64,000 bases of DNA from a virus. Its lineage: Duplodnaviria; Heunggongvirae; Uroviricota; Caudoviricetes. Positions 37,271 through 46,580 of the stretch are shown one piece after another. The translations under genes were made by a program, and so were the position numbers. Each line of letters begins with the position of its first letter. The stretch's first letter is position 1. The stretch spans positions 104,076-168,075 of IMG/VR virus record IMGVR_UViG_3300014208_000030; one strand, written 5' to 3'. The notes beneath the pieces were generated by a model. That model was not told where the DNA came from and made no database searches. It saw only the letters and a list, made by a program, of their open reading frames with translations.

Positions 37271-38653
37271 ATGCCTATTTCTGCACATGAACGCCACCTG
37301 ATGAACGGTGGCCTGTTGCGCCCTGTCTCAAAGACACTGACCGACACCACAATTCATCCCTTCGCATCCCTTGCCGCTAGACCGACTGCGTCGGAATTCG
37401 GAATTGGGCATGCGAGTATTGTTACTGCAACATACAGAATCAATTGTTCATCGGATGGTGTTAGCTGGGATAGTCACGGGTCGAGTGACAGCATTGCAGA
37501 TAGGCCGAGTGCGGCTGCATTGGGGAAAGGGAGTTGGCAGGTTGGCAATTCGGTTGAATATAGTGACGGAGTTGCTTATGTAAATCCAGCAAACACAAAG
37601 CAACCGACCTTAGTATGGGACGCTGCTAAAGCTAAAGCATCTTCTGGGTTTGGAAATGCTAAAGTTTTATTCCTTGGCGATAGCATTACGGCAGGCGCAT
37701 TTGCAACCAACGGAACGAGTTACGCTAATGCAAAAATAAACGCAACGCCAGCACACATAGCAGCAAAAATGGCAGCAAATGGGTTTGCAACATCAAAAAG
37801 CAGCTGGTTTGGCATGCAAAATCAAGGTACTGTTGCTGCCTTAGCTACATACGACCCACGTTTATCTTTCGGGGCAGATTGGGCTTCTATTAATGGCACA
37901 AAGAGCCTTGGCGGAGATCTTGTAGTAAATGCGGCAAGTGCGTCTACAACGGCTCTTTCGTTTACTCCCACCGAAGCATTCGACACTATCGACATATATT
38001 ATGTAAGAAACACCTCGTACGGTAGTTTTACAGTCGATATTGGAGCAGGAGTAATAGCAACTCAGTCAGCAACAGGATCAACAGGAGTACTTGTTTTAAG
38101 TCTTACTGTTGCTAGTGGACTGCATACTGTTAATATTTCTCACGTTGCCGGGACTGGATCTGCAGCAATAGTTGGGATGAGTTGCTATACAAATAACTCA
38201 GAAGTGCAAGTTATAAATGCTGGCTTGCCTGGCGCACTCGCTACCACACTTTTCACTGGTACTGGATTTTCTCCGGAAGCGGCTATTAATACATTAAACC
38301 CTGATTTAACAGTTATAAATCTTACTACTAATGACGCTCAAGCTTTGATAGCTACAGCAACTGCAATGGCAAGCTTGCAAGTAATAATTGATAGATGCTT
38401 ATTATCAGGAGATGTTGTACTGTGCGTCCCTAATCCAGTCAGTTCGAACGTAGCGACAGCAGAAGAATATTATACTGCTATTCGCTTGCTTGGTTCAGAA
38501 AACTCATTAAATGTTTTTGATTACTCTACTGGTCTTGGCGTTGACTGGGCCGTGGTTAACGCCAATGGACTGATGAAAGATGCTTTACATCCAAAACAAG
38601 CAGGTTATAAGGCAATTGCTGATATAGCTGGGAGCTATGGTGTTTTATATTAA
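37271..38653 (+). CDS. receptor-binding/tail-fibre paralog 3 with SGNH/GDSL esterase domain (460 aa)
   Basis: conserved N-terminal 90 aa; KVLFLGDSITAGAF GDSL motif; C-terminal ...DALHP(K) block as in paralog 2. Confidence 0.7.
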   Translation: MPISAHERHLMNGGLLRPVSKTLTDTTIHPFASLAARPTASEFGIGHASIVTATYRINCSSDGVSWDSHGSSDSIADRPSAAALGKGSWQVGNSVEYSDGVAYVNPANTKQPTLVWDAAKAKASSGFGNAKVLFLGDSITAGAFATNGTSYANAKINATPAHIAAKMAANGFATSKSSWFGMQNQGTVAALATYDPRLSFGADWASINGTKSLGGDLVVNAASASTTALSFTPTEAFDTIDIYYVRNTSYGSFTVDIGAGVIATQSATGSTGVLVLSLTVASGLHTVNISHVAGTGSAAIVGMSCYTNNSEVQVINAGLPGALATTLFTGTGFSPEAAINTLNPDLTVINLTTNDAQALIATATAMASLQVIIDRCLLSGDVVLCVPNPVSSNVATAEEYYTAIRLLGSENSLNVFDYSTGLGVDWAVVNANGLMKDALHPKQAGYKAIADIAGSYGVLY

Positions 38654-38722
38654 TAAAATTCATTACTTTGCACGTATTAGAATTAACAATACTAATAGTT
38701 TATAGTTTTAATATCTACATCC

Positions 38723-38812
38723 TTGCTGCCAGTCACCCTCTAGCAGCAATTTCAAACTCGGAAAACCCAGCAAATTCGCATTTGTCCAAGTCTCAGAATT
38801 AACAACATCCGG
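38723..38812. repeat. conserved 3' flank of RBP cassette, copy 2
   Basis: matches 27615-27716. Confidence 0.8.
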
Positions 38813-38828
38813 TCAGGCCGGAACAAAC

Positions 38829-39119
38829 ATGGGAATAATTATGAATTCAGAAAGATTTTGCTATTGGTTACGGGGATTTGCTGAACTATCTCAGGAACGC
38901 CCAACTCCAGAACAGTGGAAATCTATACATGAGCACCTCAACTTAGTTTTTGAAAAGGTAACTCCACCAGCACTAACATCAAAAAAGCTCAGTGATATTT
39001 TTGATCAGCCGAGCTGTGCGCCACCAGTGCACATACCACCGATGCCGAACCCAGAGCCAATATATATACCAAGACCGAACCCAATTCCACCATACACCCA
39101 ACCCACAATCACTTGCTAA
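38829..39119 (+). CDS. hypothetical protein with Pro-rich C-terminus (96 aa)
   Basis: ORF. Confidence 0.45.
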   Translation: MGIIMNSERFCYWLRGFAELSQERPTPEQWKSIHEHLNLVFEKVTPPALTSKKLSDIFDQPSCAPPVHIPPMPNPEPIYIPRPNPIPPYTQPTITC

Positions 39120-39433
39120 AGGACTATATGAACATCAATATCAACATTAAGAAATACGCAATTGAAGCGGCATCAAAACTGCTGATCTCATCACATCTTT
39201 GGAAAACTGTAAAGAAACTCTGTATCGATGCTGCCAATGATGCAAATTTAGACAATGCTGCCAAACAAGCTGCAGTCAAGGCCGACTTGAAGATAATTTT
39301 CTCGGATACTGCATCAATCGTTTTGAATCTGGCTATTGAGCTGGGTGCATTATATGTGAATATCGTATTCCCACAATTCGCCGCCATTGCCAATGCCGCT
39401 GCTGCCGCACTGAAGGATGAGCCAACCAAATAA
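39113..39433 (+). CDS. hypothetical Ala-rich protein (106 aa)
   Basis: ORF; an almost co-extensive - strand ORF exists, + chosen for co-direction. Confidence 0.35.
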   Translation: MLKDYMNININIKKYAIEAASKLLISSHLWKTVKKLCIDAANDANLDNAAKQAAVKADLKIIFSDTASIVLNLAIELGALYVNIVFPQFAAIANAAAAALKDEPTK

Positions 39434-39549
39434 TTTGTCTAAATATAAGGCAATGAGAAATGGATTCCACTAAAGGAATTTGTGTAAATTAGCTTACAGA
39501 TCGCCGGTAGAAATGCCGGTAACCATTATCAAATTAAGGATATCATAAG

Positions 39550-40290
39550 ATGGGCACAAAAGCAAAAAATTCAGCTGTTCGTAACTTCCTGCATGTTGGG
39601 TTGTCATGGGCACAAGCCAGCGAATTGGCAAAATCTCCGTATGTAGAGCTAAAAAATGCTGGCGGCTATATCGTTCCAGCACATCAAGCCGGTAACGCAG
39701 CCACTTGGTCGCAGTCTGGTACTGTTGTTACTGTCACTTCAACAGCACACACAATCCCAGCAACAACATATGATGGCTATAAAGTTTATTTCTCATCTGC
39801 GACAACAACTGGCATGCCACTGGCTGCTGGTCTGTATGAGAATTTTACTCGCACAGGCACAGGCACATACACATTTACAGTACCGGCAACATTGTCGCAA
39901 ACAGCGACTGGAACTGCTACTACAAACACTACGGAAACAGTTATTCCTGACCTGACTGCAGCAATGCCAGCCAATACAATGGGCGTAACCAGCAAGCTGA
40001 AATATACCGTAGCATCGTCAAACAACAACAACGCTGGCACAAAGACTGTGAAGTTGTACGTCAGCACTGCTGTTCTTGGCACCATTACCACAACAACTGC
40101 TATATTCGGTAATATGGTAACAGATTACTGGTTCAATAGAAACAGCTTGGCGAAAAACGTTGTGCAATCTACTGGTGTATCGACAACAATCAATATGGGT
40201 GCTGCCCAGAACATTACGGTATCGGTCACAAACTCAGCTGCCGATCAGTTTGTCGCAGTGGATTCCGTCATAGTTGAATTGTTAGTCTAA
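39550..40290 (+). CDS. structural protein, paralog of 34567-35373 (246 aa)
   Basis: shared sequence blocks (see 34567). Confidence 0.55.
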   Translation: MGTKAKNSAVRNFLHVGLSWAQASELAKSPYVELKNAGGYIVPAHQAGNAATWSQSGTVVTVTSTAHTIPATTYDGYKVYFSSATTTGMPLAAGLYENFTRTGTGTYTFTVPATLSQTATGTATTNTTETVIPDLTAAMPANTMGVTSKLKYTVASSNNNNAGTKTVKLYVSTAVLGTITTTTAIFGNMVTDYWFNRNSLAKNVVQSTGVSTTINMGAAQNITVSVTNSAADQFVAVDSVIVELLV

Positions 40291-40305
40291 TCACTGAATT
40301 TTTTA

Positions 40306-40345
40306 GCAACCAAAAAATGCTGCGCCCCGTAAGGGTGTGGCATTT
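40306..40345 (+). terminator. putative rho-independent terminator
   Basis: imperfect GC-rich hairpin tgcgcccc-gtaa-gggtgtggca followed by TTTTTT. Confidence 0.45.
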
Positions 40346-40365
40346 TTTATATAGGAGAATAAATT

Positions 40366-40908
40366 ATGAGCTCTCGTAGAGTAAAACCGATGGTTCGCCG
40401 CCTAAATGTGGTTTCATCAACATATGCCTCTGGGGTGACAACAGTGGTAGCTGACGCAACGCACTACCTTGTAAGTGGTGATCTGGTCACGTTGCGCCTC
40501 CCAAACAATCCATGCCTGCTGACCGATGTGGCAGTTACGGTAGTTTCGGCAACGAGCTTTTCCGTGCTTACGCCAATGGATTACAGACTAGATGAAAAGG
40601 CCGAGGTTGAGATTAAATATTTCCGTACAGGACTTACCGGTGGAATGCCTTGGATCACGCTGGCAAACGCCACCGGCGCTCCAACAGTATTACAAAGCTG
40701 GGTTAGTGGTTCTGGTGGCGCAAGCTACACCGTCGAGGGGAGTTTGGATAAACTGCACCCTACGCCGGACGCCGGTGGCACAGTGACACATGCTGCTGCC
40801 GATGGGGATACTCAGGCAGTCATAATCGTACCAGCCTGGACATGGGTCAGAATCAATATAATTTCCGTAGGTGCCGGAACCAAACTACATGTGAACGTAG
40901 CATCATAA
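40366..40908 (+). CDS. hypothetical protein (180 aa)
   Basis: ORF, SD aggaga. Confidence 0.5.
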   Translation: MSSRRVKPMVRRLNVVSSTYASGVTTVVADATHYLVSGDLVTLRLPNNPCLLTDVAVTVVSATSFSVLTPMDYRLDEKAEVEIKYFRTGLTGGMPWITLANATGAPTVLQSWVSGSGGASYTVEGSLDKLHPTPDAGGTVTHAAADGDTQAVIIVPAWTWVRINIISVGAGTKLHVNVAS

Positions 40909-41007
40909 ACACCTTGACATACACATCCTAATGTTGTATAGTATGCCTTCATGAAATTGGAGGCATAACATGCAAAACATCAAAACATCACCCCAACCAG
41001 ACTCTTT

Positions 41008-41448
41008 ATGCTGACATTAGCTGAGCTAAAAGCAGAATGGTCAATAGATTGCAATATAAACAAAGATGATATCGGGCTTGAATCTATCAAGACGGCATCT
41101 CTGCACGCCAAATATATCAACGAATGGGCATCGTATAAATCTAGGCAAGTAAAGCTTGCATCAGATTTTGCTGCAATGAGAAAGTTGCGTACAAGATATT
41201 ACCGTGGGGAACTGACTCAGGCCGAACTCATCGAAAATAATTGGGAGCAGTATCAGGGCGTTAAATTGCCAAAGACTGAAACCGAAACGTTTCTGGCTGG
41301 CGATGCCCACCTAATCGATTTAAACAACAAACTGGAATATTGCAGATTAACGATAGGCTATTTGGATCAAGTGCTTAAGCTGATCTATAACCGGTCTTTC
41401 TTAATCCGTGATTATATCGAAGACAGAAAATTTCAAATGGGATATTAA
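41008..41448 (+). CDS. hypothetical protein (146 aa)
   Basis: ORF. Confidence 0.5.
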   Translation: MLTLAELKAEWSIDCNINKDDIGLESIKTASLHAKYINEWASYKSRQVKLASDFAAMRKLRTRYYRGELTQAELIENNWEQYQGVKLPKTETETFLAGDAHLIDLNNKLEYCRLTIGYLDQVLKLIYNRSFLIRDYIEDRKFQMGY

Positions 41449-41634
41449 ATGCACGAAGAATTTGATTTTACTGATGCTGGCTACCGGTCGGCATTTGAAT
41501 GGCTGAGCCAAATTGGTGAAGTTGCTAAAGATACACACAAATACCAAACAATGGATCGCATCCAGCTTATTGTAGAAGCCAATAACATAAAGGCCAGACA
41601 AGTTATTCTGAATGGCTGATTTAAAAATTACCGG

Positions 41635-41662
41635 TTGACATATACGTAAAAGTACGTATAAT
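41635..41662 (+). promoter_or_regulatory. sigma70 promoter TTGACA-16-TATAAT with 8-bp inverted repeat (tatacgta/tacgtata) in the spacer
   Basis: perfect consensus hexamers. Confidence 0.6.
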
Positions 41663-41706
41663 TTACCACTCTAACAACAACAACAAAACGGATAAAATAA
41701 CAACAT

Positions 41707-41964
41707 ATGCCACACGCTAAAAAAAGATTTGAAGTAGAATTACAAATAAATGATCTCTCTACACAACGTGGCGCAATACTGGCGCATGCATCTATGCTGT
41801 ACCGAGAGCTTGACGATGTCTGCGCAGAATATTCGATGCTGATGGAGCGAATGGAAGATTTAGAAGATGCCATCGAGTATTTTGATTTCTGTGCCACCAG
41901 AGCAATGGTTAGCGAAGAAAAACTGATCAGCGGTATCGTAAAGCTTTGCCAAACCGGTAAATAA
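41707..41964 (+). CDS. hypothetical protein (85 aa)
   Basis: ORF downstream of the 41635 promoter. Confidence 0.45.
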   Translation: MPHAKKRFEVELQINDLSTQRGAILAHASMLYRELDDVCAEYSMLMERMEDLEDAIEYFDFCATRAMVSEEKLISGIVKLCQTGK

Positions 41965-42000
41965 GAACCTTTTAATAATGTATACGGTGAGAAAACAATA

Positions 42001-42501
42001 ATGAATAATGAATACACATTTTTTTGGCGAGGCGTGTTCTCGCAGTGGAGCCCATCAAGATTCGTCTTTGAGGCGAAAGAATTTAACTGCGCCGAACAGG
42101 CAATGATGTACCATAAGGCAGTACTCTTTGGTGACTTCAATACTGCTGGCAAAATCATGGCAACACCATCCCCAAAAGACCAACAGGCACTTGGCCGCGA
42201 AGTAGCCAATTTCTGCCAAGCTACTTGGAATGCATTTGCCAGACAGCTAGTTGTCGACATCAGCGTTGCCAAATTTTCACAGAACAAAGGCTTGTGGGAA
42301 ATACTGGATGCTACCGGTAACACCACCTTGGTAGAAGCATCTCCAAAAGACAAAATCTGGGGAATTGGGTTGGCAGAAGAAGTTGCGAAGAAAACTCCTG
42401 CAGATCAGTGGGTCGGTACTAACTGGCTTGGTCTGGCGTTGACGGAAGCTAGAGAGATCATTCGCGAAAACAATTCGCAACAAAGCGATGGTATGAGCTA
42501 A
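42001..42501 (+). CDS. NADAR-domain (YbiA/DUF1768) protein
   Basis: FFWRGVFSQWSPS.F.......F...EQAMMYHKA.LFGD......I......P...K.LGREV..F....W.......V.......KF.QN..LWE.L..TG...LVEASP.D.IWGIGL matches the NADAR signature. Confidence 0.7.
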   Translation: MNNEYTFFWRGVFSQWSPSRFVFEAKEFNCAEQAMMYHKAVLFGDFNTAGKIMATPSPKDQQALGREVANFCQATWNAFARQLVVDISVAKFSQNKGLWEILDATGNTTLVEASPKDKIWGIGLAEEVAKKTPADQWVGTNWLGLALTEAREIIRENNSQQSDGMS

Positions 42502-43439
42502 TGGCGGATATCCATTACGGACGAAAACGTAAGGGCATGGTGAGAGAGCTTAATAGCAAGCTCTCTGCTTGGATCGATACTATCGATGATGAGGATGTCG
42601 TAGCTGCTGTTAAGCGTGATACTATCGTTACCGGTGGTTCCATCGCATCAATGTTGCTTGGCGAACCTATCAACGATTTTGATATCTATTTTCGCACTAA
42701 AGAGACAACATTGTTAGTTGCTCATTATTATGTCCGAAAATTCAATGATGCAATAGCGGAGAAGGCTGTGGTAATGCATAAGCCTTATGTTACCGAAAAA
42801 CCTATTATCAACTGCAAGGGTGTCGAGGAAGATCGGGTACTGATCTATATCAAGTCCGCTGGTGTTGCTGCCGAAGAGCAAAATACATACCAGTATTTTG
42901 AGATGCAGCCAAAGGAAATGGCAGAGGAATTTGCCAAATCGTTGGAAGAAAATAAAGCATCTGGTAAGGCACCATATCGCCCAGTGTTTCTGTCGGCTAA
43001 TGCAATAACATTGAGCAATGATGTTCAGCTAATTATCCGATTCTTTGGCGAGCCAGATAAGATTCATGATAACTTTGACTTCATGCATGCAATGTCCTAT
43101 TACGATTACGCTGCGCGAAACTTAGTGTTGCCAGCATCTGCATTAGAATGTTTGCTATCGCGCACTCTGGTATATGCTGGGTCACTATATCCAATGTGCT
43201 CAATATTCCGAATGAGGAAGTTTCTCGACCGAGGGTGGCGAATTAGTGCTGGTGAAATATTGAAGATCATGTGGCAAATCTCTGAACTTGATTTAAAAGA
43301 TCAAGCTGTTCTCCATGAACAGCTCACCGGTGTCGACGCAGCATACATGCACGAATTGCTCGATGCACTGAAGGATGTTGATGCAGATAAAATAAACTCT
43401 ACCTACGTGGCAGAGATAATTGACCGTATATTTAATTGA
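42501..43439 (+). CDS. Pol-beta superfamily nucleotidyltransferase-domain protein (312 aa)
   Basis: TGGSIASMLLGEPINDFDIYF = [GS]-x10-D-x-D NTase motif; no further assignment possible by eye. Confidence 0.5.
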   Translation: MADIHYGRKRKGMVRELNSKLSAWIDTIDDEDVVAAVKRDTIVTGGSIASMLLGEPINDFDIYFRTKETTLLVAHYYVRKFNDAIAEKAVVMHKPYVTEKPIINCKGVEEDRVLIYIKSAGVAAEEQNTYQYFEMQPKEMAEEFAKSLEENKASGKAPYRPVFLSANAITLSNDVQLIIRFFGEPDKIHDNFDFMHAMSYYDYAARNLVLPASALECLLSRTLVYAGSLYPMCSIFRMRKFLDRGWRISAGEILKIMWQISELDLKDQAVLHEQLTGVDAAYMHELLDALKDVDADKINSTYVAEIIDRIFN

Positions 43440-43446
43440 GGGGAAT

Positions 43447-43620
43447 ATGAAGATTTATTTCAAGTTTATTGGTCTGCTGTTGTTTTTGTTCGTCGATTGC
43501 GGCCTACTTATGCCATATCTATTCTCTCAGGAATCTGATATGGCGGTGATGCTTGGGGTGGTAGTTGCTATAGTCAACCCAGTAATTGTTTATTTGTATA
43601 TTAAATGGAGTCTTAAGTGA
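43447..43620 (+). CDS. small two-TM membrane protein (57 aa; start moved to MKIYFKF)
   Basis: SD gagggg before ATG 43447; overlaps SPFH gene start. Confidence 0.4.
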   Translation: MKIYFKFIGLLLFLFVDCGLLMPYLFSQESDMAVMLGVVVAIVNPVIVYLYIKWSLK

Positions 43621-44468
43621 AAAAAATATTATTAGTGATTATGGTAACGTTTCTGGCAGCATGCTCTTATGTAGAACCAGGATACGTCGGCATTAAAGTA
43701 AACAAATTGGGTGGCGACAAGGGCGTCAATTCTCAAGAGTTGGGCGTAGGCAGATATTGGATTGGTATGAACGAAGAGCTGTACACATTCCCAACATTTT
43801 CACAGAGTCAGATGTGGACTAAGGCTAAGACAGACGGCTCACCCAATGACGATTCATTCACATTTCAGACGAGAGAAGGCTTAAGCGTTAATGCTGATCT
43901 TGGTATCACATATGCAATTGATCCATCTAAGGTAACCGTTATCTTCCAGAAATATCGGAAAGGTATCGATGAAATTACCCATGTATACTTACGCAATATG
44001 GTTCGGGATGCTATTGTTACCGAGGCATCCAGCAGACCGATTGAGAGTGTGTATGGTGCCGGTAAAGCTGAGCTGATCGAATCAGTCCAGCGCCGAGTTG
44101 TCGCCGAAACACAATCTATCGGAATCATCATTGAGAAGATTTATCTCGTGGGTGATCTTAGACTTCCCGATGTAGTTACTGACGCTATCAATGCTAAGAT
44201 TGGCGCAACCCAGAAAGCAGCCCAGCGCGAAAACGAGGTTGCTCAATCTAGAGCCGAGGCAGAAAAGAAAATTGCAGAAGCCAAAGGTGAGGCAGACTCT
44301 AAACTCTTAGTGGCCGAAGCAGAAGCCAAAGCGATTAAGATCAAGGGTGATGCATTAAGCCAAAATCCTAAACTTGTAGAGCTCAGTGCTGTCGAAAAGT
44401 GGAATGGTGTATTACCAACATATATGATGGGGAACTCAACTCCTTTCGTAAATATCAAGCAGCAGTAA
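43617..44468 (+). CDS. SPFH/band-7 (stomatin/prohibitin-like) domain lipoprotein (GTG start)
   Basis: signal + lipobox LAACS; SPFH core YVGIKVNKLGG...; C-terminal Ala/Glu/Lys coiled coil. Confidence 0.65.
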   Translation: MKKILLVIMVTFLAACSYVEPGYVGIKVNKLGGDKGVNSQELGVGRYWIGMNEELYTFPTFSQSQMWTKAKTDGSPNDDSFTFQTREGLSVNADLGITYAIDPSKVTVIFQKYRKGIDEITHVYLRNMVRDAIVTEASSRPIESVYGAGKAELIESVQRRVVAETQSIGIIIEKIYLVGDLRLPDVVTDAINAKIGATQKAAQRENEVAQSRAEAEKKIAEAKGEADSKLLVAEAEAKAIKIKGDALSQNPKLVELSAVEKWNGVLPTYMMGNSTPFVNIKQQ

Positions 44469-44478
44469 CCAACCAAAA

Positions 44479-44505
44479 AGAGCCCGTTACGGGCTCTTTT
44501 CTTTT
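44479..44505 (+). terminator. rho-independent terminator (8-bp stem agagcccg/cgggctct, loop tta, U-tract)
   Basis: perfect hairpin followed by ttttctttt. Confidence 0.8.
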
Positions 44506-44521
44506 ATCCAAGAGGCATACA

Positions 44522-45070
44522 TTGAGAATTACAACAATATTAATTGCAATTTATTTTGCCATTATCAGTTCATGTGGTATTGTACAGGCAAATACAGATC
44601 GCCCACAGATGCATCCAGTAAATGCGGCAATTGACGGTACCAAACACGGAGCGCGAAACCCAGCAGTAACACAGGCAAATATAGATAGAACTATATGCAT
44701 ACCAAACTGGAGCGATTCGGTCAGGCCACCAACCAGCTACACAAATGGCCTAAAGCGCAAAGAGATGCTGTCTCTTAATATTGATTGGGATAGTCGGAAA
44801 CTATTTGAAGAAGATCACTGGATTTCTATTGGCATTGGCGGCGACCCAGCCGACCCACACAATTTAGTCCTGATGTCCTTTCTTGGCGCATGCAATGCCC
44901 ACAACAAAGACAGCCTAGAAGGAACTTTACATCGCATGGTATGCGCCAAACCGAAACCAAAGATTACTCTTGCTCAAGCACAGTACGAGATGAAAGCGGA
45001 TTGGGTGGCCTCATATAATTTGCATGTGGCCTCAGCAAAGTACCATAGACCAAAACTGGTTTGTAAATAA
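44522..45070 (+). CDS. putative lipoprotein (TTG start; signal ...IAIYFAIISSCG)
   Basis: SD aagagg 7 nt before TTG 44522; track start 44399 would run through the terminator. Confidence 0.4.
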   Translation: MRITTILIAIYFAIISSCGIVQANTDRPQMHPVNAAIDGTKHGARNPAVTQANIDRTICIPNWSDSVRPPTSYTNGLKRKEMLSLNIDWDSRKLFEEDHWISIGIGGDPADPHNLVLMSFLGACNAHNKDSLEGTLHRMVCAKPKPKITLAQAQYEMKADWVASYNLHVASAKYHRPKLVCK

Positions 45071-45072
45071 CT

Positions 45073-45687
45073 ATGCGAAAAGAATCGAGTAACCACATAT
45101 CGCCAATTCAAGGGTATAAACTCGACAAATCCATAAAGCTTATGTTTTGCTCCCCCAAATATAACATGTTCAAAAATGGACTTGTTAAGATCAAGGGAGA
45201 TACCTTTGACAAGCGCAAAGATGCCAAAGTTTATGCAGTAGTTACTACCAAACTTGCTGGCAAGGAGGTTCTCTATTATTTTCTTGGGAATACTCTTGCC
45301 GGTAACTATGGGAGCATATTCAATTTTGGCTACGAAGGCACCCAAATCTACAAAGACTATACGCGTAAACTCGCGTCAATCAGCCATATATTCTACGATG
45401 AACTGACGACCATCTCGTATGAGATTGACCACATCGAGCAGTTATATATCCCAGCCGGTGGAAGACCGCCACCCATTGTGCAGTTTCTCCTTGGAGGGCT
45501 CTTGTCTATCGAGACAGTAATGCTTATCCACCTGCATTGCCGCGATCTGTTTGCAATACCTTATTCGGATTATATCTGGGATCAGAAAAAAGAGCTGATC
45601 GAGAAATATACATGGTTCTTTATCAACAATTATATCAAATACAATGAAGCCAATATTTCGAAGCAATATGCCAAGATATTTTCTTGA
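45073..45687 (+). CDS. hypothetical protein (204 aa)
   Basis: ORF. Confidence 0.45.
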   Translation: MRKESSNHISPIQGYKLDKSIKLMFCSPKYNMFKNGLVKIKGDTFDKRKDAKVYAVVTTKLAGKEVLYYFLGNTLAGNYGSIFNFGYEGTQIYKDYTRKLASISHIFYDELTTISYEIDHIEQLYIPAGGRPPPIVQFLLGGLLSIETVMLIHLHCRDLFAIPYSDYIWDQKKELIEKYTWFFINNYIKYNEANISKQYAKIFS

Positions 45688-45741
45688 CAAAACATGACTT
45701 TACCTATACAATAATCAAATCATTCACTTAGGAGAAAATGG

Positions 45742-45960
45742 TTGAATACAGTAATAATGCAAGAAAAAGATATACCGCCATTGTTTATGGCAGCAGGAGA
45801 CAAAATAGTGGTCAGTCACACCGATGGCAGTGGCGAAACTACACAACTTATCGAGGCAACAATCGAAGAAGATTGTTTGTTTGATACCGTAAAGATAGTT
45901 AAATTTGAGGATGAGTTTGGACTTAAGTTTGGATATGCTGGAGTCATCGGTAAGAAATAA
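45742..45960 (+). CDS. hypothetical protein (72 aa)
   Basis: ORF, SD aggaga. Confidence 0.4.
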   Translation: MNTVIMQEKDIPPLFMAAGDKIVVSHTDGSGETTQLIEATIEEDCLFDTVKIVKFEDEFGLKFGYAGVIGKK

Positions 45961-45980
45961 TTTTAACAAGAGAATAGGAC

Positions 45981-46208
45981 ATGAGCAATATTAGTCGGAG
46001 AGATTGGCTGGTGCTGGAGCATGGCACCTTAGTTACTGTAAATACAAATGGTTATATTGCCTGTTGTGGTGACGTTAAACCATTTATTGGTACGCGGTGC
46101 CGGTTCGATAAGGTAACAAAAGCTGGTTTGGTAAGTATTTACATCGATGGTGATGTGAGAAAGAAAATAAGTGTTGCGAAAAGCAATGTTAATTTAATAA
46201 TGCAATAA
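45981..46208 (+). CDS. hypothetical protein (75 aa)
   Basis: ORF. Confidence 0.4.
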   Translation: MSNISRRDWLVLEHGTLVTVNTNGYIACCGDVKPFIGTRCRFDKVTKAGLVSIYIDGDVRKKISVAKSNVNLIMQ

Positions 46209-46223
46209 GGTGAAATTAAAATA

Positions 46224-46580
46224 ATGGAAACCACACAAGAAAAAACATTTGAGATACTGGATGTTGGTAATTCTCAGCACAGGCTTACTATTACGCCAAG
46301 CAGAATTACTATTAAATTCAAAAAAGATACACTGCGCGAAGAACGAGACGAAGTCATCAGTTTCTTTATCGCAGTCTCACAGGATGAAGATATGCAAAAC
46401 TGTGAGTGCTCATTCCGAGGTTCGGCGACAGTAACCGGTACCGGTAAGCTGCATATTATTATGCACGATGGTAGTCATGGTCGCAGTACGATGAACTATC
46501 ACTATTACTATGATAATGTTAATAAAAAATTAGACGATAGTCTGTTATTTAAAAATAAGAAAGCGAGGATTGCAGCATGA
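46224..46580 (+). CDS. hypothetical protein (118 aa)
   Basis: ORF, 4-nt overlap with next gene. Confidence 0.45.
   Translation: METTQEKTFEILDVGNSQHRLTITPSRITIKFKKDTLREERDEVISFFIAVSQDEDMQNCECSFRGSATVTGTGKLHIIMHDGSHGRSTMNYHYYYDNVNKKLDDSLLFKNKKARIAA

Noticed and set aside
41628-42353. 241-aa ORF on - strand
   Set aside because: Low-complexity translation, antisense to three well-supported + strand genes (incl. NADAR) that have their own sigma70 promoter; treated as spurious.
44399-44521. Upstream extension of ORF 44399-45070
   Set aside because: Would read through the SPFH gene end and a strong terminator; TTG at 44522 with a good SD is a better start.
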